A DNA stretch of 60,634 bases, taken from positions 1-60,634 of the IMG/VR virus record IMGVR_UViG_3300033142_002332. One strand, given 5' to 3'. The position numbers and the translations under genes were made by a program. Positions within the stretch are counted from its first letter, which is position 1. Each line of letters begins with the position of its first letter. The DNA comes from a virus. Lineage: Duplodnaviria; Caudoviricetes. Positions 17,275 to 26,818 of the stretch are shown piece by piece. The notes under the pieces were generated by a model. It was not told where the DNA came from. It ran no database searches and was given only the letters and a program-made list of their open reading frames with translations.

Positions 17275-17312
17275 TAATTAAAACAACAACAATAGAAGAA
17301 AGGAAAATATAA

Positions 17313-17558
17313 ATGAATAAATCAAAAAATGTCGAAAACTTAAAAGCATACTCCTTTAAATGTAACAATGAGGTAAAGGATTTATATAAAAAATGGAGTC
17401 AATGTTATTCGCAGCATACTATTAGCAGCTTTTTTAACAGTGCTCTAATATCTTTTTTAAAAGAGAATAAAGATAAAGCCTTACCTATGTTTAATGATAA
17501 TGATAAGAAAAAAGTCTTAAGGATAATTCAAGACTTTAAGGAATTAGATCTTAAGTAA
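17313..17558 (+). CDS. Small possible ribbon-helix-helix DNA-binding protein
   Basis: Alternating strand AYSFKC followed by two amphipathic helices (...TISSFFNSALISFL). Confidence 0.4.
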   Translation: MNKSKNVENLKAYSFKCNNEVKDLYKKWSQCYSQHTISSFFNSALISFLKENKDKALPMFNDNDKKKVLRIIQDFKELDLK

Positions 17559-17578
17559 CAAATTAGTTATTTAGCATG

Positions 17579-17622
17579 AAAAGAAACTAGCCTGTAAAAA
17601 CTAGGTTAGTTTCTTTTTTTTT
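17579..17622 (+). terminator. Intrinsic terminator ending the accessory island
   Basis: AAAAGAAACTAGCCT / AGGTTAGTTTCTTTT stem (one G-U) followed by a T run. Confidence 0.85.
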
Positions 17623-17689
17623 ATAATCAGTAAGTTTCGTTTAATAGTCTAGGCATATATCTTATAATATTTATGTAAAAGAAAAACAA

Positions 17690-17992
17690 ATGATAATAAA
17701 AGGAAAACCTATGACTAAAAAAGATCAAGAAGATGAAAAAATAACATATGAAACAGACAACCTGGCAATAGCTGCATTTTTTGAGTTAAATGGCCTAAAG
17801 TATAAAAACTGTTGTTTAGGGACTGGAAGAAACGGTAATTCGATTGTTAATTTTGTTTTTGAGGATTCTAAAAGAATTGGTAGGGACCTTGAAAGATCTT
17901 ATAGAAATAGTAATGAAAAAAAATATAGGGAGCTATTGCTATTTTTTAGACATGAGATTTTTTTGACTAATAAAGATAAAAGAGGAAGCTAA
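17690..17992 (+). CDS. DUF5659-like small phage protein
   Basis: YETDNLAIAAFF...G...V.FVF pattern. Confidence 0.55.
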   Translation: MIIKGKPMTKKDQEDEKITYETDNLAIAAFFELNGLKYKNCCLGTGRNGNSIVNFVFEDSKRIGRDLERSYRNSNEKKYRELLLFFRHEIFLTNKDKRGS

Positions 17993-18354
17993 TGTCTCAA
18001 ATATTAAAAGGTGTTACAGAAAAAAGAGGAATTGATAGAATAATAAACGTTGAACACAATGATGCTGCTGGAGCTAAAAAAGTAATACAATCTGGCATTG
18101 TTATTGGTGATATTTTTGGAAACAACTCTGGAACTGCTCAATTTATTGGAGAAAAAGCGGTAGTTAGAGCTGTTAATACAGACATAGCAATACAATATAT
18201 AAAATTTGGTGATTCAGGTGTTGCAGTTCCTACAGTTACCGATGGTGTCGCAATTCCTATAGGAGGAGATGTTTATTTAAATAGTGGTGATCAAGAATAT
18301 GTAAGAACATCAAGTAATAATGTTCAAGTAATTGTATGCCAAGATTCTTTATAA
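17992..18354 (+). CDS. Putative virion protein
   Basis: Beta-rich G/V/T composition; start of a structural cluster. Confidence 0.45.
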   Translation: MSQILKGVTEKRGIDRIINVEHNDAAGAKKVIQSGIVIGDIFGNNSGTAQFIGEKAVVRAVNTDIAIQYIKFGDSGVAVPTVTDGVAIPIGGDVYLNSGDQEYVRTSSNNVQVIVCQDSL

Positions 18355-18372
18355 AAGATAAGAAAAGATTAA

Positions 18373-18597
18373 ATGAGCATTGCATCAACAAGAGCTCCAA
18401 CAACAAAGAAAATAAGGTATGTTAGAGATAGCAAGTGCAGGCTTGTTGAAATAAGAGAGTTTGATTTTAATGCTGAGTTAGGAAACTATTGTCATAGCAC
18501 TGTAATAAAAAGAGATTCTATTACAAAAGCCATAATCGGTTCGTTTACAAAAAAAGAAGTAGTAGTACAACAAGATTTAGACGATACGAGTGAGTAA
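18373..18597 (+). CDS. Hypothetical protein
   Basis: 74 aa ORF within the operon. Confidence 0.5.
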   Translation: MSIASTRAPTTKKIRYVRDSKCRLVEIREFDFNAELGNYCHSTVIKRDSITKAIIGSFTKKEVVVQQDLDDTSE

Positions 18598-18600
18598 AAT

Positions 18601-19083
18601 GTGGATGTAAATAGAGGGTTAGATCCTGCATTAGTTGAAGTAGATAATTTAGGTTGTGCAACAAGTGATCCTTCACCATATACATTATTATGGTGGTTAA
18701 AAAAGATACTAGAAGCTTCTGGTGGAACTTCTGGAATACCTGTTGATAAAAGAAGCCCTGGATACATAGATATAGACACTAGCATATTTGCATCAATTCT
18801 TACTTATAATCTATCAGTTGGCGAGACATTAAACCTAGGGTATATTTTAATATCTTTAAAGGGGTCTTTCGCTCACTTTATAGTTGAGTATTATAATGGA
18901 ACAGTTATAGAAAAAATAAGAGAATATTTTATTAATTATAACGAACCTACCTTTATAGATACTTTGGATCAAAACATACCAATAGCGTATGTTGGCGCAG
19001 GAAGCAAAATAGAGATAAAAGCAAAAATGGAGCATCAGAATCATCAAGGAAAAGCATATTCAATAATAAATGGCTACAAATAA
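18601..19083 (+). CDS. Putative virion protein
   Basis: C-terminal ING(Y/F)K end similar to that of the next protein (INAYKR). Confidence 0.45.
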   Translation: MDVNRGLDPALVEVDNLGCATSDPSPYTLLWWLKKILEASGGTSGIPVDKRSPGYIDIDTSIFASILTYNLSVGETLNLGYILISLKGSFAHFIVEYYNGTVIEKIREYFINYNEPTFIDTLDQNIPIAYVGAGSKIEIKAKMEHQNHQGKAYSIINGYK

Positions 19084-19155
19084 AAGTAAGACAGAAACTA
19101 TTTCTTTTGTGAGAAGTAAAAACACAAAATTTAATTCTTAAAACGGGAGAATAGA

Positions 19156-20274
19156 ATGATAGATTTCGGTACTTTTATAGGTCAATACAAATCAACCCTA
19201 GTTAATCTTAACGATTTAGACTACGGATATGTAGCTCTAGATATAAAATCCAGAATAATATTAGATCATAGCACTTCTTCAATAAAAATTGGAGATGGTA
19301 CAGAAATTTTAGATGTCGTTGAGTGGGATGCTGCAAGCGGAGGGTCAGAAAAAGGTCTGTTACCATTAGGAATTTATAAGGCTAGCCCTACAAATCTTGC
19401 GGATACAGATGGTGATTTTACACCACTTCAGCTTGACAGTAACGGACGTTTAAGAGTAGATGCAGAAGTAAGCGTCTCTACTGGCAGTGATAAAGCAGAA
19501 GATACAGCGCATACTACAGGAGATATAGGCTGCTATAACCTTTCTGTAAGGGTTGATGATATCTCAGCAGATAATTCAGCATTATTAGCTGGAACAGAGG
19601 GAGACTATCAATCATTTCTCACTAATGACAGTGGTGAGCTATATGTAATAGACGTTGATTCAATAGCAATTCTTACTACAATAGATACAGTGCTTGACAA
19701 TATCTATATAGACACTCAGGCTTTAGTAACATTAATACAAACAGAAGATACTGCTCATTCTACTGGCGATAACGGAGTTATGGCTCTTGCTGTAGCTAAC
19801 GAAGCGCAATCTGATTTAGTAAGTGCTGATGGTGACTATACGCCTATAGCAGTAGATAAGAAAGGTAATGTTTACGTTGATCTTATAGAAAAAATAGGAG
19901 AAGAGGGAACTGAAAGTGATGAAGGTGTAGATAGTGGTGCAGATGGTGAGGTTGATGTTGCTTATCACGCTACGAATTTTGTATCAGTTCAAACTATGGC
20001 TGTAGGTGCTGGTGAAGATCTTTACATAAAAGGTTGGGATATGTCGACTGATGTTCTTATATCTGCCAGACTTGTGATTTATGACGATACAACCTTAACA
20101 GAGATAATAAGAAAAATAAATGTAATAGAAAACACTCCTGGCTATAATTTTAATTGGTTAAGAGCAATAGGAGTTACTGGAGCTACTGATAGGACAGTTC
20201 AATTTGAAGCAAGATGTATGAGAAACGGAAAAACAGCTCATGTAAGTGGAGGAATAAACGCTTATAAAAGATAG
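19156..20274 (+). CDS. Acidic repeat-containing virion fibre-like protein
   Basis: Three (D/E)GD(Y/F)...D..G.(L/V).V and two EDTAH.TGD.G repeats; RBS GGGAG; followed by a hairpin. Confidence 0.55.
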   Translation: MIDFGTFIGQYKSTLVNLNDLDYGYVALDIKSRIILDHSTSSIKIGDGTEILDVVEWDAASGGSEKGLLPLGIYKASPTNLADTDGDFTPLQLDSNGRLRVDAEVSVSTGSDKAEDTAHTTGDIGCYNLSVRVDDISADNSALLAGTEGDYQSFLTNDSGELYVIDVDSIAILTTIDTVLDNIYIDTQALVTLIQTEDTAHSTGDNGVMALAVANEAQSDLVSADGDYTPIAVDKKGNVYVDLIEKIGEEGTESDEGVDSGADGEVDVAYHATNFVSVQTMAVGAGEDLYIKGWDMSTDVLISARLVIYDDTTLTEIIRKINVIENTPGYNFNWLRAIGVTGATDRTVQFEARCMRNGKTAHVSGGINAYKR

Positions 20275-20278
20275 GTAG

Positions 20279-20321
20279 AGTGAGGAAGAGAAAAATTAAC
20301 CCCTCCTTTCTCTTCCTCACT
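20279..20321 (+). terminator. Stem-loop (terminator or mRNA stabiliser)
   Basis: Perfect 15-bp stem AGTGAGGAAGAGAAA / TTTCTCTTCCTCACT with 13-nt loop; weak T tail. Confidence 0.65.
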
Positions 20322-20338
20322 GTGTTTAGGAGAAATTA

Positions 20339-20677
20339 ATGGCACAAGAGTTTCAAACAGAAGTAGAAGACGCAGTAAATAGCGAACCCGAACATGCTAA
20401 TACAGTAGTAGCTACTTCTGGAGTTCCTGAGGTAATTCAAAGATTAGACAACAAAGAAATTACGCTTACCTATGTTAAAAACCCTAGTAAGGGAACACGT
20501 ATAAACGATAAATCAGATGTTATTTATATTTCTATAGATGGATCTGTTCCTACATCTAACGGTACGACTCTTGTTAGAGGTGAGTATATTTATATACCAG
20601 GACAGATAGTAGATGGAAATTTAAAGATAGATAGTAACAACAGCGGAACAAATGTTGAGATTATTTTATGGGGTTAA
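20339..20677 (+). CDS. Putative virion protein
   Basis: 112 aa, beta-rich, AGGAG RBS. Confidence 0.45.
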   Translation: MAQEFQTEVEDAVNSEPEHANTVVATSGVPEVIQRLDNKEITLTYVKNPSKGTRINDKSDVIYISIDGSVPTSNGTTLVRGEYIYIPGQIVDGNLKIDSNNSGTNVEIILWG

Positions 20678-20680
20678 GAA

Positions 20681-21166
20681 TTGGCAATTAAAATACCTCC
20701 AAGCGCAAAGACACAAGACGCAGACGATACTCCGTTTGACGATACCAACGTTGATTTTGTAGCTGGAGATGTTCAAGAAGCTATAGAGGCTTTAGAGGAT
20801 AAAGTAGATACTTCAGCTTCTCCAGGCTTTACTTGGGGTAAATCTGGAAACGTTAGCGCAGGAGCGTATTTATTAAATGACACTGTTCCTTCTAATTTGG
20901 CTGGTAGAATAATTCCTATCGGAAATGGAAAAATAGCAGAAGTTTTTGTTGCTTGTCAAGATAATGCAACTTGTATCTTATCGGTTGAGAAGAGAAGTGG
21001 TGTTTCTTTTATAGAACTGTTAACTATTTCTTTAACTACTCAAAGGAATAAGGTTCAAGCCTATACTGTTAGCGTATCAAAAGGAGATGAGTTGACAACA
21101 AAAGTTAAAACTGGAAGTATAAAAAACCCAGTTATTGGTATTGTTATTAAGGGATCGTTATCGTGA
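20681..21166 (+). CDS. Putative virion protein, paralogous to the next gene
   Basis: VQEAIE motif then FTWGKSG....YLL. Confidence 0.5.
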   Translation: MAIKIPPSAKTQDADDTPFDDTNVDFVAGDVQEAIEALEDKVDTSASPGFTWGKSGNVSAGAYLLNDTVPSNLAGRIIPIGNGKIAEVFVACQDNATCILSVEKRSGVSFIELLTISLTTQRNKVQAYTVSVSKGDELTTKVKTGSIKNPVIGIVIKGSLS

Positions 21167-21909
21167 GTAATAGAGTAGATCCAGATAAATATATAAAAAA
21201 TGTTTCTATTATTGATTTATTTCATACAGATACAGGTACAGCTTTTAAAACTGCATCTTATACTATTATAGATAAAAATATTCTTTATCGTCTTAATGAT
21301 AATCAATTAAAACAATGGTTTGATAACGAAGACATTATTTATGCAGAAGCTGATGATGGAAGCAAGGATTATTTAAATAAATATGAAGGATGGCATAAAT
21401 TATTTGATTATTGTTTTGGGATTCCTTTTTTAAGTGGCACAAACAGTACAAGAGTAAATAGTTTTGTAAGTATAAACGCACAAGAAGCTATTGAAGAGTC
21501 AAAAGGTGTTTCAATTGATAACGATCTTGATACCTTACAGTTTGGAAGACAGGGAACAACTAGCAATAGCTCTTATTTGTTAACTTTAAATAATATGTCA
21601 TCAAACGATTCACCTGACACTATTCCTTATCCTATTTTATTTAGAAGAATGTCTTTATCCGTATCTAATTTTCCTTCTCCGTTTACACTAGCTATATGGA
21701 AAGCAAGTTATGATCATAGTGTAAGAACAATAATATATACAGAAGAGTTTAGTATAGTTAACGGTAATTTTAGCGGACATGCGGGATATACGCAAACAGA
21801 ACAAAGCATTCTTGTTGGCGCTGGAGAAGGTATTTACGTTCAAGCTGTATCGGTGGGGAATCCTAAGCCATCTAATTTAAGTGTTTTTTTATGGACTAGA
21901 AAATATTAA
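21163..21909 (+). CDS. Putative virion protein
   Basis: AQEAIE motif then LQFGRQG....YLL. Confidence 0.5.
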   Translation: MSNRVDPDKYIKNVSIIDLFHTDTGTAFKTASYTIIDKNILYRLNDNQLKQWFDNEDIIYAEADDGSKDYLNKYEGWHKLFDYCFGIPFLSGTNSTRVNSFVSINAQEAIEESKGVSIDNDLDTLQFGRQGTTSNSSYLLTLNNMSSNDSPDTIPYPILFRRMSLSVSNFPSPFTLAIWKASYDHSVRTIIYTEEFSIVNGNFSGHAGYTQTEQSILVGAGEGIYVQAVSVGNPKPSNLSVFLWTRKY

Positions 21910-21926
21910 AAACAAAGGAGAATTTA

Positions 21927-22514
21927 ATGAACTGTGCAATAAAAAAATTACAAGAAGATATTAATAAAGTAATAAATGCTTGGTTAATATTAAAAGAAGA
22001 AGCAGTTAATATTGATAAAACGTACTGGTCTTGTGGTGTAGATTCTGAGATTAGTGGTATTGATCCTGTTACCGTAAATTCAAAATTAACAAATACTGAG
22101 TTTGTTAGCGGCATAACGTTAGTTCAGCAATTTGATAAGTTTTTTACAAATCAAGCAGTCACTCAATCAGACTATTTAAGCATTTGTGAAAACATTACTC
22201 ATGGTAACGACACTGCTTCATCTATTGTCTCTGAAGCTTGCGAGACTTTAGGAGATAGAATGGTGAGAATTTGCGTTGACTCTATTGTTTTGTTTAAAAA
22301 GTGTAAAAATATTCTTGAATTGTACAATAGTAATGAGGTTCCAGATATGATTGAGAACTTAGATAATCAAAGAGTTGTTAGTTGCAATAGTTTAACCAAA
22401 GATGATTTAGTTTTAGGAATAACACTAGTAGAGCAATTTAAAAAACTTTTAAATAATGAAGCAGTTACAGCTGGGGACTATGCTTCTACATTAGCTAAGT
22501 GGCAAAGGCTTTAG
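21927..22514 (+). CDS. Hypothetical protein with internal duplication
   Basis: LT..E.VSGITLVQQF.KF..NQAVT..DY repeated as LTKDDLVLGITLVEQFKKLL.NEAVT.GDY. Confidence 0.6.
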   Translation: MNCAIKKLQEDINKVINAWLILKEEAVNIDKTYWSCGVDSEISGIDPVTVNSKLTNTEFVSGITLVQQFDKFFTNQAVTQSDYLSICENITHGNDTASSIVSEACETLGDRMVRICVDSIVLFKKCKNILELYNSNEVPDMIENLDNQRVVSCNSLTKDDLVLGITLVEQFKKLLNNEAVTAGDYASTLAKWQRL

Positions 22515-22523
22515 GAGATAATA

Positions 22524-22892
22524 ATGTCTTTAAAATTCAAGATTCTTGATGAAAGAAACACAGCAACAGTAACAGAAAAAGGACAGTTTGAGTTTTTTGA
22601 AGGAGAAAACAGAACATTGAGAGTTCAAATATTTGAATCTGTTGATGATTCTGGGTATTTTATTGAAGCAGGAGGGACTGTTGAGTTTACTTTTCCTGGA
22701 TCTCCTTCAAATTTAAATAAAACAGGTTCTATCGACAGTAACAATAGATCGGTTATTACAACAGATCTGATACCATTAGATTTAACAACAATAGTTAGCG
22801 GAAATTTAATTGCAGAAATAGATGAATTTGGAAATAAAAGAATTGTAAAGAGTAACAATGTTCTTAAAAAATTAAGCAAAGTGCCTGCTTAG
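22524..22892 (+). CDS. Putative virion protein (Ig/BppU-N-like)
   Basis: F.GE..TL.VQI...V.FTF beta-sandwich pattern. Confidence 0.4.
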   Translation: MSLKFKILDERNTATVTEKGQFEFFEGENRTLRVQIFESVDDSGYFIEAGGTVEFTFPGSPSNLNKTGSIDSNNRSVITTDLIPLDLTTIVSGNLIAEIDEFGNKRIVKSNNVLKKLSKVPA

Positions 22893-22952
22893 ATATAAAT
22901 GTTATGCTTTATATTTTATACTATAACTGTAGTATTATTATAGGTTTTATAA

Positions 22953-23702
22953 ATGAGTTTTGACAGAACAGAAGGTTTAATGACAGTTAATAACTTTAAA
23001 GATAGATTTCTTTTAGGCATTAATTTGACATTAGATGATGGCACGCCTTATCCTGATGATTTTTTTGAATACAATCTTAATGCTGCAATATCTACTCTTG
23101 AACATGATTTAGATATTTTGATAACTCCTCAGGCTAAGGTTGATAAAGTAGACTATCGTTCTCCAAATTATATGAACTGGAATTATGTTCAGCTTGATTT
23201 TTATCCAGTTGTTAGTATTGAGAAATGGAAAGTTATTTATCCCTCTAATAAAACGTTATTTGAATATCCTATAGGGTGGGTAAGAGAAGATAATGACAAA
23301 GGGGTTTTGAGGTTGTTTCCTGATTCTGGAACAATTCCTCAGTGGATGTCTAGCACTGCTTTTTTACCTTATTTGATACCAGGACATGCACAAGTCCCTC
23401 ACATGTATGAAATAGAATATACTGCTGGATTTCCAAATGATAATATTCCGTTTATTTTAAACGATGCAATAGGACTAATTGCATCAATACTTCCTCTTGA
23501 TACAGCTGGAGACCTTATTGCTGGTGCTGGCATAGCCAATTCGTCTATTAGTTTAGACGGTTTATCTCAAACTATTGGTACAACAAGTTCTGCTACAAAT
23601 TCGGGATATGGTGCGCGTATATTAAGCTACGAAAAAAGATTAAAATCTAGAATGAGCTCTTTAAGAGACTATTTTAAAGGAATAATTTTTGATAGCATTT
23701 GA
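22953..23702 (+). CDS. Head-tail adaptor (neck) protein
   Basis: LEHDLDI, IEYTAGF...IP, GAGIANSSISLDGLSQ.IGTT.SA..SGYGARI as in SPO1/Twort-like adaptors. Confidence 0.75.
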   Translation: MSFDRTEGLMTVNNFKDRFLLGINLTLDDGTPYPDDFFEYNLNAAISTLEHDLDILITPQAKVDKVDYRSPNYMNWNYVQLDFYPVVSIEKWKVIYPSNKTLFEYPIGWVREDNDKGVLRLFPDSGTIPQWMSSTAFLPYLIPGHAQVPHMYEIEYTAGFPNDNIPFILNDAIGLIASILPLDTAGDLIAGAGIANSSISLDGLSQTIGTTSSATNSGYGARILSYEKRLKSRMSSLRDYFKGIIFDSI

Positions 23703-23731
23703 TAAAGTTATAACAATAAGGAAAATACGTT

Positions 23732-24901
23732 ATGCCAAAAAAAATGGATGAATGTGTTAAAAAAGTTAAAAAACAAGATTTTCCTGAAAAGAGCGCTTGG
23801 CCTATTTGTGTTTCTTCAATGAAAAGAAAAACTAAAAAATCTTTTGATGATCTTATTTCTGGAGTTATTAAAAACAATAGCTCAGTGGTTAAATCATTAG
23901 GTGAAAAAATAAATAGTTTTAGTAAAGCTATTGTAGTTAACAGAGACACAAGAGACTTTACTGATACTAATTCTGTTAATCTTGCAAGATTAAGCAATCC
24001 AAAAAGCTATCAGTCTTATATTGAAAAATATACAGAAGAACTAGAACAAAATGGAAATCCTGTTGTTATTCCTCTAAAAAACGATAATATTTTAAAACTT
24101 TATAAAGTCGAAGAAGGTCTTTATAGCGGTCATATACAAGGAAAAGAAACAGGAGATATTTCTCATACAATAGATAAAGTTACTTTGCCAGAGTTAGTCA
24201 GTCATTTAGTAGTTACTGAAAACATTCCTCTTATAGAAGATACAAATAAAAAAGAAAATGATGACAGCTCTAAAAATATTATTATAAACGTAAATGTTAA
24301 TAAGTCAAAGGAGAAATCAATGGATAGCTTAGACCAAAAGATAGAAACTTTTTATAAAGGTAAAGTTCTTCCTATTGGCTCTGTAAGTCATGGAAGAAAA
24401 AAAGTAGCTGAAGGTAGATGGGTAAATGTCGAAGCTAAAAAACCAGGTAAAGTTCTTTCTTTTTCTGAAGGCAAAAAGGGACTTGAGATTAAAGCTAAAG
24501 AGCATAACAGAGCTATGGATCATCATTTTAAAAATGCTATAAAACATGAAAGATATGGGAAAAAATATGCTGAACATGGTGACAACATTACTTCTTTTTA
24601 TCATGAGGAAATAGCAAAAAGGCATCATAGTATGGCAAAGAAACATGCTAATGCTATAGGAAAAAAATACGGCGAAGAAAAGAGTAAGTCGTATGATAAA
24701 CATAAAAATACTTTTTTAGAAGGTTCGCCTTCTACTCATGCTTTTATAAAGGAAAGTAATAATAGAAAAATATCTTCTAAAAAGATAGACAGTCTTTTAA
24801 GTGGTTTTAAGGCAAGTGCAGCTTTAGATCGTCAAAAACAAAATAAAAATAGAATGAAACCTTATCTTGTAAGGGATAATAAAGAAAAAATGGCTTCATA
24901 G
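23732..24901 (+). CDS. Putative internal head protein
   Basis: MPKK...CV......SAW.IC N-terminus, KKSFDDL motif, LPIGSV...KKVAEGRW motif, His/Lys-rich C-terminal half. Confidence 0.5.
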   Translation: MPKKMDECVKKVKKQDFPEKSAWPICVSSMKRKTKKSFDDLISGVIKNNSSVVKSLGEKINSFSKAIVVNRDTRDFTDTNSVNLARLSNPKSYQSYIEKYTEELEQNGNPVVIPLKNDNILKLYKVEEGLYSGHIQGKETGDISHTIDKVTLPELVSHLVVTENIPLIEDTNKKENDDSSKNIIINVNVNKSKEKSMDSLDQKIETFYKGKVLPIGSVSHGRKKVAEGRWVNVEAKKPGKVLSFSEGKKGLEIKAKEHNRAMDHHFKNAIKHERYGKKYAEHGDNITSFYHEEIAKRHHSMAKKHANAIGKKYGEEKSKSYDKHKNTFLEGSPSTHAFIKESNNRKISSKKIDSLLSGFKASAALDRQKQNKNRMKPYLVRDNKEKMAS

Positions 24902-24923
24902 TTTTAAACAAAGGAACATTATT

Positions 24924-25349
24924 ATGGATAAAACATATAACAAAAACTTTGATAGAAATAAAAAAGATGTTATTTCTATCATAATTAGTAAAGCTAAAGA
25001 GCATTGTGGCTTGGATAAAAAAAAGAGTATAGACTATCTTTTAAATTTTTATAAGAAAAAACAAAATAGTTTTAAAAAATCTTTTGATGATCTTATGGTT
25101 GATGAATTGAGTAAAAGTAATTCAATAGATTATAAAATCTTTTCTGAAAAAAAAGAAATATCTAAAAGAATCGTAGATATATTAGATAAAGGAAGCAGTT
25201 TGTCTGTTGATAAACCTAAGATATCAAAAGACTTTCTTAAATCAATAAAAAAAAGAGAATTTAATTATGAAAAAAAAGCAAAAGGTAAAACAGAAAGAAA
25301 AACAGATCGTTTGATTAAAAGGGCTATAAATGAAAATGTTAGAGGGTAG
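24924..25349 (+). CDS. Putative internal head protein
   Basis: Lys-rich; KKSFDDL, LSKS and FLKS motifs. Confidence 0.45.
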   Translation: MDKTYNKNFDRNKKDVISIIISKAKEHCGLDKKKSIDYLLNFYKKKQNSFKKSFDDLMVDELSKSNSIDYKIFSEKKEISKRIVDILDKGSSLSVDKPKISKDFLKSIKKREFNYEKKAKGKTERKTDRLIKRAINENVRG

Positions 25350-25354
25350 TTACT

Positions 25355-26080
25355 TTGCCAAACAGACCTAAAACTAACCCTTACGGTAAATCCATATCTG
25401 TTCCTTTAAAGAACCAAGATTTTAGTAAGCTTATTGCCGACCATGGGATATATGTCAGGCATGAAAAAGTAACAATTTGTCCACATGTTTATAATCAAGA
25501 GAGTAATCATGCTGATATAACATGTAATGTTTGTGATAATGGAAAAATCACTTTTGATTCTAAAGATGTTTGGCTATTGTTATATTCGGTTAAAATGGAG
25601 CAAATGCCACAGGTTCAAGGAATTTGGGAGACTGGGGATGTTCTTGCAACGTTCCCAGGTTACTATGAAGACCTCTCTGTTGTAAGAGTTGATTACATTG
25701 ATAAAATTACAATATTAGATTTTTCAGAAAGAATGAGCGATCTTGTTGTAAGAGACAGTTCTAATGACATTGATAGAATAAGATATGAAGTTGTAGATGT
25801 TCATGACATAAGAACAAAAACTACAGTTTATGAAAAAGATACTGATTTTGTTATAGAAGATACAAATATCAAATGGATATCAGCTAATAGGCCGTCTGCT
25901 GGAGAAGTTTACGCTCTGGCCTATCAGTACAGGCCAGTATATAGAATATTAAGTTTTTTTCATGAGTCTAGGTATTACTATGATTCATTTAAAAAACCTA
26001 TTAAAACGCCAGTTTATCATCCTATACAGGCACAAATTAGAAGAGATTATATTTTAGAAGATAGAAAAGGGTATAACTAA
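25355..26080 (+). CDS. Head closure/neck protein
   Basis: ICP...CNVC.NG N-terminal motif and ..DY.I....I.W....P..G..Y...Y..RP pattern; position in neck module. Confidence 0.65.
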   Translation: MPNRPKTNPYGKSISVPLKNQDFSKLIADHGIYVRHEKVTICPHVYNQESNHADITCNVCDNGKITFDSKDVWLLLYSVKMEQMPQVQGIWETGDVLATFPGYYEDLSVVRVDYIDKITILDFSERMSDLVVRDSSNDIDRIRYEVVDVHDIRTKTTVYEKDTDFVIEDTNIKWISANRPSAGEVYALAYQYRPVYRILSFFHESRYYYDSFKKPIKTPVYHPIQAQIRRDYILEDRKGYN

Positions 26081-26096
26081 TTTATATTTTTAAATC

Positions 26097-26816
26097 ATGG
26101 ACATAAACATTAAATTAGAATCAAAAGGTTTATCGTTAAATAGTTTAGGTATAGAGCAAGAAAAAGCTTTACAAGAGGCGATAAAGTCTCTTGCACATAA
26201 TGTTTATGATGAAATATTGTTAACTGCAAAAAACACCTTAAATACTTCACTTAGGACTTACGAAAAATCTTTGGAATTTAAAGAGTTTGGAAACATTTAC
26301 CTTATATCTATTTCTGAGCCTGGAATTTATTTTGAAAATGGATTTAGTGATTTTGATATGATTCCAGGACTTACTGGAGGCTCTAAAGCTAAAGTTTCTA
26401 AGAAGGGCTATAAATATAACATTATACCCTTTAGACATAAGCCTACTTCTAAAGCATATGGAGGAAACAGAAAGGGCAACTATTATGAAAGCCTTAAGAA
26501 AACTGTTAGAAATATGAACAAGATACAGCCTAGGGAAATAAGAGATCGTTCTGGTAGGGTTATGGGGCATGTAATAGCAAAAGCAAAGAGCACAGAATCA
26601 GGAATAACAGCAGGAATGATAAAGGTACAAAAAAAATATAACACAACAAAGCAAAGCACTTATTTAACTTTTAGAGGTGTTTCTGATAACCCTGAGTCTA
26701 AGAGCTTTTCAGGATGGAAGCATCCAGGATATCCAGGGCTAAAGGCTTTTAATAAAGTTGAAAAATTATTAGATAGTCAAGTAAATGATATTATTAAAGT
26801 AATATTTGGTGTATAA
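26097..26816 (+). CDS. Neck/tail completion protein
   Basis: E.G...FDM..GL, Y..IPFRH, YLTFR.VS, W.HPG motifs; basic protein. Confidence 0.6.
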   Translation: MDINIKLESKGLSLNSLGIEQEKALQEAIKSLAHNVYDEILLTAKNTLNTSLRTYEKSLEFKEFGNIYLISISEPGIYFENGFSDFDMIPGLTGGSKAKVSKKGYKYNIIPFRHKPTSKAYGGNRKGNYYESLKKTVRNMNKIQPREIRDRSGRVMGHVIAKAKSTESGITAGMIKVQKKYNTTKQSTYLTFRGVSDNPESKSFSGWKHPGYPGLKAFNKVEKLLDSQVNDIIKVIFGV

Positions 26817-26818
26817 AT

